From assembly GCA_022616535.1 (NCBI GenBank), contig JAKEEM010000016.1:1683-65682 (forward strand): a stretch of DNA of 64,000 nt. The letters run 5' to 3'. Below the pieces are notes generated by a model, which ran no database searches, was not told the origin of the DNA, and saw only the letters and a program-made list of their open reading frames with translations. Position numbers and translations under genes: made by a program. This stretch comes from Chlorobiota bacterium. Lineage in GTDB: Bacteria; Bacteroidota; Ignavibacteria; Tepidaquicellales; OLB5. Below are positions 1-9,734 of this stretch, one piece after another; within the stretch, counting starts at the first letter, position 1; each line of letters opens with the position of its first letter.

Positions 1-553
1 AGCTGTTTGCAATGGCAAGATTAACAACATTCTGCGCCTTCTGGAATCTTTCGGTTCCATGCTCCGTTTCCCATGAGTCGTCATCAAGACCGATAATCAT
101 ATAGGCGTAATAGTCCAAAAAACTTGTGAGAGGATTAAACTTTAAGTCGTCGTGATAAAAGCTTTGACCCCTGACATAATTAAAAGACCAGGTCTCGTCT
201 TTTATTCTGAGCAGCGGAGTAAAATTCGGCGTCTTGAATATATTTCGCTGCACAAATACAACAAGCTGCGCTTCATAGCTTTCTACACCTGTTGCCGCTG
301 TGAAAAAGAACTGGAAGTTGCACTTAATCTTATATGGTTTTCCCTTAACATCGTTTACTATAACTTCATTCGTAAATTTTGTTCTGTTAAGGTAATTCTG
401 CACGTCCTGTTTAAAATTCGAAAGCCTGTCCCTGACGTCAATGTTTATCCTGCTTAAATCGACATCAACAATGGGGTCAAGCTCCTGTGCCCGTGCTGAT
501 AAAGATATTGCAATGAAACCAAATAAGAGAATTTTTTTAGAAAATTTTGGCAT
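1..553 (-). CDS. DUF4835 family / T9SS PorD-like secreted protein (3' end runs off the window)
   Basis: Not in the ORF track. Manual translation from ATG at 553 gives MPKFSKKILLFGFIAISLSARAQELDPIVDV...FNPLTSFLDYYAYMIIGLDDDSW..., open to the window edge. Signal peptide plus the LTS.L.YYAY.IIGLD.D motif resembles DUF4835. Confidence 0.72.
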   Translation of the reverse strand, partial: MPKFSKKILLFGFIAISLSARAQELDPIVDVDLSRINIDVRDRLSNFKQDVQNYLNRTKFTNEVIVNDVKGKPYKIKCNFQFFFTAATGVESYEAQLVVFVQRNIFKTPNFTPLLRIKDETWSFNYVRGQSFYHDDLKFNPLTSFLDYYAYMIIGLDDDSWETEHGTERFQKAQNVVNLAIANS

Positions 554-644
554 TTTAAAAGCTTTATACTATAAAGTTAACTAAATAATCCTGTATAAAC
601 AATCCAAACGATTTGAAGTAAGTTCCAAAAAATCATCGTTACAG

Positions 645-1103
645 CTAACTTATTAATTCCACGTCTTTGCCTTCGAAGTCTATAATGACTTTTCTTAAAT
701 GGTCGGGCAATCTTTCGGGTTTGTTTGTATTGGAGTTTAAATTTACCTGAATTGACTTTTGAGTTACCAGAAGCTTATTTGTTTCCGCATTAAATATTAA
801 ATGCTCAAAGCAAAAGCTTGAGTTTTTGATATAAGAAATTCTTGTATAAATGTCCAGTAAATCGTCAACCATAGCGGCAGATTCGTAGTCAATTTCATTT
901 CTCTTAACGTTAAGCATCACCCTGCGGTCGAAAATACCTGTTGGCAGCATCTGAATGCCGAGATTTCGGGCATACTCTACTCTGCCGATTTCGCAGTATT
1001 CAAGATAAATTGCATTGTGAACAATGCCCTGTGAATCGACCTGGAAGTTCCTAACTCTAAGCTGATATTTGTGTTTATATTTTTTTATATCGGTATCTGC
1101 CAT
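645..1103 (-). CDS. acyl-CoA thioesterase, YbgC/FadM (hotdog fold) family
   Basis: VRNFQVDSQGIVHNAIYLEYCEIGR motif. Start placed at ATG 1103 (MADTDIKK), just after the ltaE stop, rather than the ORF-track start at 1151. Confidence 0.85.
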   Translation of the reverse strand: MADTDIKKYKHKYQLRVRNFQVDSQGIVHNAIYLEYCEIGRVEYARNLGIQMLPTGIFDRRVMLNVKRNEIDYESAAMVDDLLDIYTRISYIKNSSFCFEHLIFNAETNKLLVTQKSIQVNLNSNTNKPERLPDHLRKVIIDFEGKDVELIS

Positions 1104-1104
1104 T

Positions 1105-2124
1105 TTAGTTAATGCTTTTAAATATTCCAATTGCCTTAGAGGTTTGTTCATCGCTTATATCCATATGAAATACAACTCTCATTTTATCGGGACCTTCGTT
1201 TGTAACCAAAACTCCCTTTGCTTCCAAAACGGATTTCAGCTCATCAGCATTTATTTTTGTTTTAAAAATTACAATGTTAGTCTGAACCGATGATAAATCC
1301 ACCTCAGCAAAATCCAGTTTAGAAATTCCCTCTGCAAACCTGCGTGCTTTTTTATGGTCGTCCTTCAGTCTTTCTATATTATTTTCCAAAGCAAACAATG
1401 CTCCCGCTGCAATAATCCCCGCCTGCCTCATTCCACCGCAGAGAACTTTTCTGAACCTGTGAGCATCATCGATAAACTCAGAATCTCCGCATAAAATTGA
1501 GCCGACAGGCGCTCCGAGCCCTTTTGAAAAGCAAAAAGAGACCGAATCTGACTGCGCGGAATACTCTTTTAATGAAACACCTGTTTCAACAACTGCATTA
1601 AAAATACGGGCGCCGTCTAAATGAGTTTTGATATTACGCTTTAAAGCAAGTTCCCTTACTTTTTTTATTTCATCGAGGGGGTATATCGTTCCGCCCGCAC
1701 GATTGTGAGTATTTTCAAGGCAAATTAATGATGTTTTGGGAAAATGATACCAATCAGGTCTGATATGAGCTTGAATTTCGCTGACAACCATCACTCCACT
1801 TTTGCCCTTTAAAGGCATGAGCTGAACTCCTGAAATAAAAGCAGGGGCAGAATTCTCGTATTTTATAATGTGAGAGTCCCATTCAACAATAATTTCATCG
1901 CTGGGATTTGTATGGCACTTGATTGCAAGCTGGTTAGCCATGCAACCGGAGGGGACAAAAAGAGAATCTTGCTTACCTGTGAACTCGGCGCATTTCTGCT
2001 GTAATTTGTTTACAGTAGGGTCATCGCCGAAGACATCATCGCCGACTTCGGCGTTAGCCATTGCCTCGCGCATAGCTTTAGAGGGTCTTGTAACGGTATC
2101 GCTTCGGAGGTCGATAAAGTTCAT
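1105..2124 (-). CDS. ltaE: low-specificity L-threonine aldolase (PLP-dependent)
   Basis: IDLRSDTVTRP, VGDDVFGDDPTV, CLENTHN, HLDGARIFNA and SKGLGAPVGS (PLP lysine) motifs. Confidence 0.93.
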   Translation of the reverse strand: MNFIDLRSDTVTRPSKAMREAMANAEVGDDVFGDDPTVNKLQQKCAEFTGKQDSLFVPSGCMANQLAIKCHTNPSDEIIVEWDSHIIKYENSAPAFISGVQLMPLKGKSGVMVVSEIQAHIRPDWYHFPKTSLICLENTHNRAGGTIYPLDEIKKVRELALKRNIKTHLDGARIFNAVVETGVSLKEYSAQSDSVSFCFSKGLGAPVGSILCGDSEFIDDAHRFRKVLCGGMRQAGIIAAGALFALENNIERLKDDHKKARRFAEGISKLDFAEVDLSSVQTNIVIFKTKINADELKSVLEAKGVLVTNEGPDKMRVVFHMDISDEQTSKAIGIFKSIN

Positions 2125-4581
2125 TTACTCTTCTTCGGCTTCTTCGGCTTCTTCGCCGACAACGTTTGCAACTGCGGAGATTGTATCACCTGGGTGAAGT
2201 TTGATTAACCTGACACCCTGTGTATTTCTGCCCATCACACGAATTTCGCCCACGTTTTGCCGTATCATGATGCCCTTGGTGGTGATTATCATTAAATCGT
2301 CATTATCAACAACCTCGCGGATAGAAATCATGTTTCCGTTTTTATCGCTTGATTTAATTGTAATAACTCCTTTGCCGCCGCGGCGGGTGATTCTGTAATC
2401 GTCAAGGTCGCTTCTTTTACCAAAGCCCTTATCGGTCACAACCAGAATCGAAGTTCCGGCGCGTTTTACTGCGACAAGTCCAACCACAAAATCTTTTTTG
2501 CCAAGCTTAATTGCCCTTACGCCTGCAGCCGTTCTGCCCATTGAGCGGACATCGGTTTCGTTGAATCTAATTGCCATACCGCCGTGGGTTCCTATTAGTA
2601 TCTCCTGTTTCCCGTTGGTTAGCTGGACATCAATTAATTTATCATCCTTTTTTAAGCTGATTGCAATTATCCCGCTCTTTCGAGTGTTTTCAAAGTTCTT
2701 CAAATCCGTTTTTTTCATTATTCCGTGCTTGGTCACCATAGTTACGTAAAGATTATCTTCAAAGTCCTTGACATTTAGAATAGCATTAATTTCTTCATCC
2801 TTTGTCTTAGCAATGTAATTGGCAATTGAGTAGCCCTTGGCAGTCCGGGACGCTTCCTGGATTTCGTGAACCTTAAGCATATAGCACTTGCCTCTATCTG
2901 TAAAGAACATGATGTTGTTATGGGTTGAGGCAACAAACATATGCTCGATAAAATCATCCTCACGCGTAGATGCGCCGATAATCCCCTTGCCGCCGCGCGA
3001 TTGGCGCCTGTAACCGCTTACAGGCGTGCGTTTGATGTAACCGTTATGGCTGATTGTGATAACAACGTCTTCTTCCTTAATAAACTCCTTAATAAATTCC
3101 TCGTCGCTTATTTTTTTCGCATTTATTACAATCTCTGTTCTTCTTTCATCGCCAAAGGTTTCCTTAAGCTTTTTAAGCTCATCATTTAAGATTTCTCTTC
3201 TCAGCGGGTCGCTTGCAAGAACTCTTTTCAGCCGTTCAATTGTTTTCAGCAGCTCCTTATATTCATCTTCGATTTTTTTTCTTTCGAGACCCGTTAAGCG
3301 CTGAAGCCTCATTTCAAGTATTGCCTTGGCCTGGATTTCGGTGAGCTTAAAGCGCTTCATAAGCCTTTCCTGAGCAACGGGCACGTCTTTTGACTTTTTA
3401 ATAACATCGACGACCGCATCGATGTTATCAAGCGCCTTCATATATCCTTCAAGAATGTGAGCGCGCCGCTCGGCTTCGTCAAGCTCAAACTTTGATCTGC
3501 GGATGATTACATTCAGCCGGTGGTCGATGAAGTACTCCATCATTTGCTTCAGGTTCAGTACTCTGGGCACTCCGTCAACCAGCGAGAGCAGAATCACGCC
3601 GAATGTAACCTGCATTTGCGTGTGCTTAAACAGGTTATTTAAAATCACATTTGCAGCGCCGCCGCGTTTTACATCAACAACAACCCTTAAGCCGTCCTTA
3701 TCGGATTCATCTCTAACATCGGCAATATCTTCGATTTTCCTGTCACGCACTAAATCCGCAATAGTTTCAATCAGTGAAGCTTTATTCACCTGGTAAGGGA
3801 GCTCAGTGATTACAATGCTTTCTCTGTCGCCCTTGCCAATCTCTATCCCCGCTTTTGCGCGAATAACAATTTTGCCCCTGCCGGTTGTATACGCCTCTTT
3901 TACTCCTTCGAAACCCCATATAATTCCTGCTGTGGGAAAATCAGGCGCCTTAATATGCTTCATCAGCTTTTCAATCGGCAGGTTTTTATCCTTAATCAAT
4001 GCAATAAGTCCGTAGACAACCTCACTTAAATTATGGGGGGGAATATTTGTTGCCATACCGACAGCAATACCGCTTGAGCCGTTTACAAGAAGATTCGGCA
4101 AAACAGACGGTAAAACTGACGGCTCTTTTAAAGTGTCATCAAAATTCGGAAAGAAATCGACCGTATTTTTCTCTAAATCGGCAAGGATAGTTTCTGAAAT
4201 CCTTGCTAAACGAACCTCTGTATAACGCATTGCAGCGGGAGAATCGCCGTCAACGGAGCCGAAATTGCCCTGCCCGTCGATTAAAGGATACCGCATTGAA
4301 AAATCCTGCACCAGCCTGACAATGGTATCGTAAACAGCTTTATCACCATGCGGGTGGTATTTACCGAGCACTTCGCCTACAATTCTGGCGGATTTTTTAT
4401 ATGGACGGTTTGGAGCGAGCCCAAGCTCGTGCATTCCGAAAAGAACCCGCCTGTGAACGGGCTTTAAGCCGTCGCGGACATCGGGCAGAGCACGCGCAAC
4501 GATAACACTCATTGAGTAGTCAAGGTAAGAGTTTTGCATCTCCTCTTCTATAAAAACTGGAATTATTTTTTCGTTAGCCAT
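2125..4581 (-). CDS. gyrA: DNA gyrase subunit A
   Basis: YHPHGD, AAMRYTE (catalytic Tyr), GyrA-box QSRGGKG, C-terminal beta-pinwheel repeats and acidic tail. Confidence 0.98.
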   Translation of the reverse strand: MANEKIIPVFIEEEMQNSYLDYSMSVIVARALPDVRDGLKPVHRRVLFGMHELGLAPNRPYKKSARIVGEVLGKYHPHGDKAVYDTIVRLVQDFSMRYPLIDGQGNFGSVDGDSPAAMRYTEVRLARISETILADLEKNTVDFFPNFDDTLKEPSVLPSVLPNLLVNGSSGIAVGMATNIPPHNLSEVVYGLIALIKDKNLPIEKLMKHIKAPDFPTAGIIWGFEGVKEAYTTGRGKIVIRAKAGIEIGKGDRESIVITELPYQVNKASLIETIADLVRDRKIEDIADVRDESDKDGLRVVVDVKRGGAANVILNNLFKHTQMQVTFGVILLSLVDGVPRVLNLKQMMEYFIDHRLNVIIRRSKFELDEAERRAHILEGYMKALDNIDAVVDVIKKSKDVPVAQERLMKRFKLTEIQAKAILEMRLQRLTGLERKKIEDEYKELLKTIERLKRVLASDPLRREILNDELKKLKETFGDERRTEIVINAKKISDEEFIKEFIKEEDVVITISHNGYIKRTPVSGYRRQSRGGKGIIGASTREDDFIEHMFVASTHNNIMFFTDRGKCYMLKVHEIQEASRTAKGYSIANYIAKTKDEEINAILNVKDFEDNLYVTMVTKHGIMKKTDLKNFENTRKSGIIAISLKKDDKLIDVQLTNGKQEILIGTHGGMAIRFNETDVRSMGRTAAGVRAIKLGKKDFVVGLVAVKRAGTSILVVTDKGFGKRSDLDDYRITRRGGKGVITIKSSDKNGNMISIREVVDNDDLMIITTKGIMIRQNVGEIRVMGRNTQGVRLIKLHPGDTISAVANVVGEEAEEAEEE

Positions 4582-4588
4582 CTGTTTG

Positions 4589-4682
4589 GTTAATCAGTTA
4601 ATCAATTAATTTGGTTAATCTGTTGATCAGTTAATCAGTTAGTTTGGTTAATCAGTTAATCAGTGGTTAATCAAGTTAATTA
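4589..4682. repeat. imperfect tandem array of the octamer GTTAATCA in the gyrA 5' region
   Basis: Perfect copies at 4589, 4597, 4630, 4647, 4655 and 4666; variants at 4605, 4614, 4622, 4638 and 4675. Confidence 0.9.
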
Positions 4683-4720
4683 TCGCTTTCGAAATTACGT
4701 TCATAAGACTTTAACTTCAA

Positions 4721-5206
4721 TCAAGTATCCAATGGTTTTAATCCCTGAAGTACTCTCAAAAGGCCGATTTGCCCGGTGTGATAGCAGTCATGATACAAAA
4801 GCTGGCGGAAGAAAACAACTTTTTTATCTGTTGAGCGGAACAAATCATCACCGATTTTTTCAGCCGCCGCTGTACATTCTTCGTGGAGTGATTTCAGCTT
4901 ATTAAAATCGGCTTGCCATTCTTTTTCATCCTGCACCTCAGGCAGAGGTGCCCAGTTATCGTTTTTTGCATCAAGGGCAACTCCGTCATTCACATAAGTA
5001 AGCGCCCAGTATTTCCAGTAATTAATATGGCGGACAAGCTCCCAAATACAATGCCTGTCGGGAGCGGGTCTGAACAAAGCCTGTTTGTGGTCCAACCCAT
5101 CGAGTTGTTTTACCTGGCTTACTTGCCAAAAATTATTTCCGGTTATAAAATGCTCAAGGTCATTAATGTATGACTGAATGGGGCTGAGTTTTTCTGATTC
5201 ACTCAT
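4721..5206 (-). CDS. DinB/YfiT-like family protein
   Basis: HCIWELVRH and HDCYHTGQI His motifs of the DinB four-helix bundle. Confidence 0.85.
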   Translation of the reverse strand: MSESEKLSPIQSYINDLEHFITGNNFWQVSQVKQLDGLDHKQALFRPAPDRHCIWELVRHINYWKYWALTYVNDGVALDAKNDNWAPLPEVQDEKEWQADFNKLKSLHEECTAAAEKIGDDLFRSTDKKVVFFRQLLYHDCYHTGQIGLLRVLQGLKPLDT

Positions 5207-5262
5207 AAATTTGTAATTAAATTAGAAGCTTCCGGGATTGGAAAAATCACTAAATAATAGCA

Positions 5263-5270
5263 CAAAAATA
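5263..5270 (-). promoter_or_regulatory. Bacteroidota-type -7 promoter element TATTTTTG, upstream of dinB-gyrA
   Basis: Matches TAnnTTTG on the minus strand about 60 nt upstream of the DinB start. Confidence 0.5.
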
Positions 5271-5393
5271 ACAATTTTTTGGTTCTAATTCAATTGAAAA
5301 ACAAGTCTTTGATTAATTAGATTAAGGTATTTAAGGGTTTCTTTTTTAAGCTTAAGACTACCGGTGGGAATAAAAGTGATTGAAATCATTGGG

Positions 5394-5408
5394 GGATAAT
5401 TATTATCA
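5394..5408. promoter_or_regulatory. Fur-box-like palindrome
   Basis: GGATAAT-T-ATTATCA is a 14/15 match to the 7-1-7 consensus TGATAAT-N-ATTATCA. It lies just upstream of TAATTTTG at 5415-5422. Confidence 0.45.
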
Positions 5409-5641
5409 TTTAGCTAATTTTGTAGCTGAATCAGGCTTATAATATCTTGAAATTATTCAATTATTTAACAAGAATTTACAATTTTTACATTTCAAAATAA
5501 ATTAATTTTTAGCAAATTTACACCTGTAAATACGGTATTAGCAAATCACAATTTTTTGTGTATTTTAGGACATGAAACAATACTAAAAAATCAGGTGTTT
5601 AATTAATTGAGGAAAGGTAAGATAAACTAAAAATAAAAAAA

Positions 5642-6127
5642 ATGATAACTCAATCCAGTATATCAAAAGCTCAGGAATATCTTGAAAAGGCGTATAGATT
5701 CCAGATGGACGGTAACCTGGACGAAGCTATAAAAAACTATAAGCTTTCTATTGAATTTTACCCGACAGCAGAGGCACACACATTTTTGGGATGGGCTTAC
5801 AGTTTTTTGGGCGACCTTGACCGCTCGATTGAGGAATGCAAAAAAGCTATTGATATAGACCCTGACTACGGCAATCCTTACAACGATATCGGTTCATACT
5901 TAATCCAGCAGGGCGAGTATGAGGAAGCAATTACCTGGCTTGAGCTTGCCTTGAAATCAAAAAGGTACGATTCATTTCATTTTGCTCACCTAAATTTAGG
6001 ACGGGCATATGAACTAAAAGGATTATGGTTCGAAGCTCTTGATGAATACAAAAGAGCAATCGATATAGCACCGAAATATGACCTGGCTAAAAGGCTTTAT
6101 TATAATCTGCAGGGAAGGCTAAATTAG
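5642..6127 (+). CDS. tetratricopeptide repeat protein
   Basis: About four TPR units, e.g. AEAHTFLGWAY, DPDYGNPYNDIG, HLNLGRAYE. Confidence 0.85.
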   Translation: MITQSSISKAQEYLEKAYRFQMDGNLDEAIKNYKLSIEFYPTAEAHTFLGWAYSFLGDLDRSIEECKKAIDIDPDYGNPYNDIGSYLIQQGEYEEAITWLELALKSKRYDSFHFAHLNLGRAYELKGLWFEALDEYKRAIDIAPKYDLAKRLYYNLQGRLN

Positions 6128-6137
6128 ACTGCCTGAA

Positions 6138-6989
6138 ATGAAATTCCTGAAAAAAAAATTTACCCAAAAAGGATTTTACCCCTTTATTTTACTATTTGCA
6201 CTACTAATTGCTTCGGCTTTATTTCAAAGCTGCGAGCAGACAAATATTTTTTCCGACAAGGATGACGTTGAGCTTGGGCAGGAATTCGACAAGGAAATAA
6301 AGAGAAACCCGAAAGAATTTCCTATGCTGCAGGGTCACCAGGATATTAAGGATTATATAATTGGCATAGGCAAAGATATCTTAAACTCATCGCCCAAAAT
6401 TAAAAAGAAAAACATTTATCCTTACACTTTCCAGGTTATAAACGATACAATCATAAACGCTTTCTGCACACCGGGCGGATTTGTTTATGTTTATACCGGC
6501 TTAATGAGATTTGTAGATAACGAAGCAACACTGGCGGGAGTTATGGGGCATGAAATTGCTCACGCCGAAAGAAGGCATGTTACACAGCGGCTTACCGCTT
6601 ATTATGGCGTAAGCGTTCTGTTAAGCTTTATTTTGGTCGGCAATCCAAGCCTGCTTGCCGAAATTGCAGCTAATTTATTTGTAGGGTTAGCGTTTCTTAA
6701 AAACTCCCGCGACGATGAAACAGAGGCGGATTACTATTCGATTCAATACTTAAAATCAACAAAATGGTATCCCGGCGGAATAACATTCTTTTTCGATAAG
6801 ATTAAAGAAGAGCAGAGAAAGAAGGGTTACACACCCGGCGATATGGACAGGCTGCTCTCAACTCACCCTTTGCCTGACGACAGGATAAGATTTGTAAACA
6901 AAGAGCTAAGCAAAATCAGCCCTAAGCCAGACCCGACTAAAGGGCTGTATACAGACGAATTTCAAAGAATTAAGCAAAAACTCCCCTGA
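6138..6989 (+). CDS. M48 family zinc metallopeptidase, predicted lipoprotein
   Basis: INAFCTPGG, HEIAH (HExxH), E.EAD and LLSTHP motifs; lipobox LFQSC. Confidence 0.9.
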   Translation: MKFLKKKFTQKGFYPFILLFALLIASALFQSCEQTNIFSDKDDVELGQEFDKEIKRNPKEFPMLQGHQDIKDYIIGIGKDILNSSPKIKKKNIYPYTFQVINDTIINAFCTPGGFVYVYTGLMRFVDNEATLAGVMGHEIAHAERRHVTQRLTAYYGVSVLLSFILVGNPSLLAEIAANLFVGLAFLKNSRDDETEADYYSIQYLKSTKWYPGGITFFFDKIKEEQRKKGYTPGDMDRLLSTHPLPDDRIRFVNKELSKISPKPDPTKGLYTDEFQRIKQKLP

Positions 6990-7045
6990 TTTATCTGTCT
7001 GAAGCAGGCGGGTAAATAGATTTTTTAACTTAACACTAGTTTGCG

Positions 7046-7576
7046 ATGTTTAACAAAACCGGACTTTATTTATTTTTTATCTTTTTTTCAGCCCTCTTCA
7101 GCAAATCATTAAGCCAGGAAAAAGCAATTGACGATTATAACTTCCGCTTTACATTTAAGCTTCCCGATGGCTGGGAAATGAAGGATTTAAAGCAAACCAA
7201 GGATAAAGACGGCATTTCGTATTCATTCGAAAGAAAAGATAAAAAAATGACGATTATGCTCCTTGCTTTTAAGCTGTCATCGGTGAAAAATATCGATGAC
7301 TTCATTTACAATATGGAAAAGGATATCAGCTTAAACATCCCGCAGAAAATCGGAAGCTACGATGAAAAAGACTTCGGAACATACGATATGAAAAGCGGCA
7401 GGTATAAAGATAACAACTTTGAAGAGCTTATATTTTATTTCAGAACAAAGCTGCCCGATGCACCGAACAATTATGTTTATATGCTGAGATTTATCATGGA
7501 ACTTAAGGAATACAACACAGATACCGAAAACAAGGTTAAGGAAGTAGCGGGCACATTCAAATCAACGGCTGAGTAA
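7046..7576 (+). CDS. hypothetical exported protein (possibly PsbP/DcrB-like)
   Basis: Signal peptide followed by FTFKLPDGW; operon-like spacing. The fold call is weak. Confidence 0.6.
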   Translation: MFNKTGLYLFFIFFSALFSKSLSQEKAIDDYNFRFTFKLPDGWEMKDLKQTKDKDGISYSFERKDKKMTIMLLAFKLSSVKNIDDFIYNMEKDISLNIPQKIGSYDEKDFGTYDMKSGRYKDNNFEELIFYFRTKLPDAPNNYVYMLRFIMELKEYNTDTENKVKEVAGTFKSTAE

Positions 7577-7597
7577 ATAAAATTAAGGAGGAATAAT

Positions 7598-8038
7598 ATG
7601 GGAGCAAAACCAATTCCCGAGAGATATACCAATGTTATCCCTTTTTTAGTCTGCAATGGCGCAGGCAAGGTAATTGAATTCTGCCAGAAAGCATTCGATG
7701 CGAAAATTTCGGATATGCATAAAACCGATGACGGAACAATTATGCATGCGGCGATACATATAAGGGATTCGGCTATTATGCTGAGCGACGGCTCACCCCA
7801 ATTCCCCTCAATGCCTTCGATGCTGCACATTTATGTCGAGGACGTCGACTCTGTTTACAAAAAAGCAATCGATGCAGGAGGAGTTTCTCTAAGAGAGCCG
7901 ACAAATGAATTTTACGGCGACCGGAGCTGCGGGGTTAAAGATTCATCCGGCAACCAGTGGTGGATTGCCACACATATAGAAGATTTAACCCCGGAGGAAA
8001 TTGAAAGACGACAGAAGGAAATGAAAAATAAAAATTGA
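7598..8038 (+). CDS. VOC (glyoxalase/PhnB-like) family protein
   Basis: IMHAAIHIRDSAIMLSD and FYGDRSCGVKDSSGNQWWIATH motifs; AAGGAGG RBS. Confidence 0.9.
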   Translation: MGAKPIPERYTNVIPFLVCNGAGKVIEFCQKAFDAKISDMHKTDDGTIMHAAIHIRDSAIMLSDGSPQFPSMPSMLHIYVEDVDSVYKKAIDAGGVSLREPTNEFYGDRSCGVKDSSGNQWWIATHIEDLTPEEIERRQKEMKNKN

Positions 8039-8158
8039 ATTTCAAACTGATATTTAAACAATCGGACAGGCCGTTCGATTATTTCAATCCTACTTTATAT
8101 GTTTTGTTTTTTTGAGAACTTACTCACTCAATAATTTAATAATTTATTACACAACAAA

Positions 8159-8542
8159 ATGGATAAATCATCTAACGCTTTAAACTGGTTTGAAGTCCCT
8201 ACTCTTGATATAGCGAGAGCAAAAAAATTTTATGAAACGATTTTCGCTACTATAATGGAAGATATGCCGGAAATGATGGGGATGAAAATGACAGCCTTCC
8301 CTGCTGATTGGGGAAGCGGCAAAGTTTCGGGAGCATTGGCTCAAAGCAATTCGCACAAACCCTCTGAAGATGGTGCAGTAATATATTTAAACGCCAATCC
8401 TGATATTCAGACTGTTCTTGACAGAGTTGAGCCTGCGGGGGGCAAGATAGTAATGCCGAAAACATCGTTAGGCCCTAACGGCTATATGGCATTTTTCATT
8501 GATACGGAGGGCAATAAAATGGGCTTACACGCGCAGAATTAA
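8159..8542 (+). CDS. VOC family protein (glyoxalase/bleomycin-resistance-like)
   Basis: NWFEVPTLDIARAKKFY and GYMAFFIDTEGNKMGLH motifs. Confidence 0.9.
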   Translation: MDKSSNALNWFEVPTLDIARAKKFYETIFATIMEDMPEMMGMKMTAFPADWGSGKVSGALAQSNSHKPSEDGAVIYLNANPDIQTVLDRVEPAGGKIVMPKTSLGPNGYMAFFIDTEGNKMGLHAQN

Positions 8543-8591
8543 AGGCTTATTTTTATTTATAAAGCCAGTTAAGCCGGCTATCTTATTCTTT

Positions 8592-8630
8592 TCACAAATA
8601 CTTAACCAGCTCACCGTTTAAAAAAGGATA
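8592..8630 (-). repeat. diverged duplicate of the last 13 codons of the MBL hydrolase gene
   Basis: Minus strand reads YPFLNGELVKYL* versus NPFLNGEFGKYV* at 9735-9773. 29/39 nt are identical, with a 19/20 core. Confidence 0.8.
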
Positions 8631-8631
8631 G

Positions 8632-9714
8632 ATGGAAAACAAGGGACTCATTTTCATACCTGATATAAGCGGATTTACTCGATTCATCAACGAAATGGAA
8701 ATTGGGCACAGCCGGCTTATCATTGAGGAATTGCTTGAGACATTAATAAATTCCAACCAAATCGGACTCGAAATTTCCGAAATCGAGGGTGATGCAATAC
8801 TTTTCTATAAATTCGGCGATACTCCGGAGCTTAAATTACTTTACAAGCAGGTTGAGAAAATGTTTTGCGATTTTCACAAAAGTCTGCTTGCCTATGACCA
8901 CAGCCGTTTTTGCCAGTGCAGGGCATGCACGGCGGCAATAAATCTCACATTAAAAGTAATTACACATTTCGGGGAGTTCACAAGTTACAGCGTAAAAAAT
9001 TTCAGCAAGCTTATCGGTAAAGATATTATTGTTGCTCACCAGCTTATGAAAAACGACATCAAACCGCATGAATACTGGCTCGTAACAACAAATCTTGTTA
9101 AGAACGGCACTCCGGCAGGCTTAACGGAGTGGATGAAGTGGTTTAAGAGTGGCAAACAAACTGAAAGCGGCGAAATATCGTTTCATTACACACAGCTTTC
9201 TCCTTTAAAAAGTAAAATCGAGCCTGAACAGGTGCCCGAATTGGACCTCTCAAAAAAAGAAAAAATGATATCATTCTCAAAAGAATACGACACCGACATC
9301 ATAACTTTATTCCATGCAACTGGCGATTTTAATTACCGTAGCCGCTGGCAGGAAGGCGTGAAAGCTGTTGAGAAAATCAGCCATTTTTTGCCGCGAATCG
9401 GAACAAGGTGCAAATGCGAGCTTGAAAACGGCGAGACTAGCATTTACAGCACAAGCTATTTTTACAGTCCGGATAGAATTGAATTCAGCGAAATGGAAGA
9501 AAAACAGAAAAGAACGGCTTATTACACACTTGAAAAAATTGATGATGCTAAAACAAAGCTTACGCTTGATTTCTATCTCGAAAAGAACATAATTGGTAAA
9601 ATTTTCTTCGGGATTGGGGAGAAAAAGAAAATGGAAGAAACCTTCGAAAAATCATTACTGAACCTTGATGAATTAGTAAAAGCAATCAAGCTGCCAAAGC
9701 AGGACTTAAGTTAA
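8632..9714 (+). CDS. DUF2652 (class III nucleotidyl-cyclase-like) domain fused to a SRPBCC/START-like domain
   Basis: IFIPDISGFTRF, EIEGDAILF, C.C.AC, LKVITHFGE and LIGKDIIVAH in the N-terminal half. The C-terminal half has a SRPBCC-like pattern (LFHATGDFNYRSRWQEGV). Confidence 0.78.
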   Translation: MENKGLIFIPDISGFTRFINEMEIGHSRLIIEELLETLINSNQIGLEISEIEGDAILFYKFGDTPELKLLYKQVEKMFCDFHKSLLAYDHSRFCQCRACTAAINLTLKVITHFGEFTSYSVKNFSKLIGKDIIVAHQLMKNDIKPHEYWLVTTNLVKNGTPAGLTEWMKWFKSGKQTESGEISFHYTQLSPLKSKIEPEQVPELDLSKKEKMISFSKEYDTDIITLFHATGDFNYRSRWQEGVKAVEKISHFLPRIGTRCKCELENGETSIYSTSYFYSPDRIEFSEMEEKQKRTAYYTLEKIDDAKTKLTLDFYLEKNIIGKIFFGIGEKKKMEETFEKSLLNLDELVKAIKLPKQDLS

Positions 9715-9734
9715 CTTAAGCTAGCTTAAACTGG

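Noticed and set aside
152-457. 101-aa plus-strand ORF
   Set aside because: Antisense to the DUF4835-like gene, which the ORF track missed because it runs off the edge.
1913-1926. Other TGGCAC hits (1913, 26172, 27346, 35361) as sigma54 promoters
   Set aside because: Wrong GG-to-GC spacing (9 or 11 nt) or no -12 element; most are inside genes.
4589-4682. Interpretation of this array (or the 12-bp array at 56653) as CRISPR
   Set aside because: Units are 8-12 bp with no unique spacers, and there are no cas genes.
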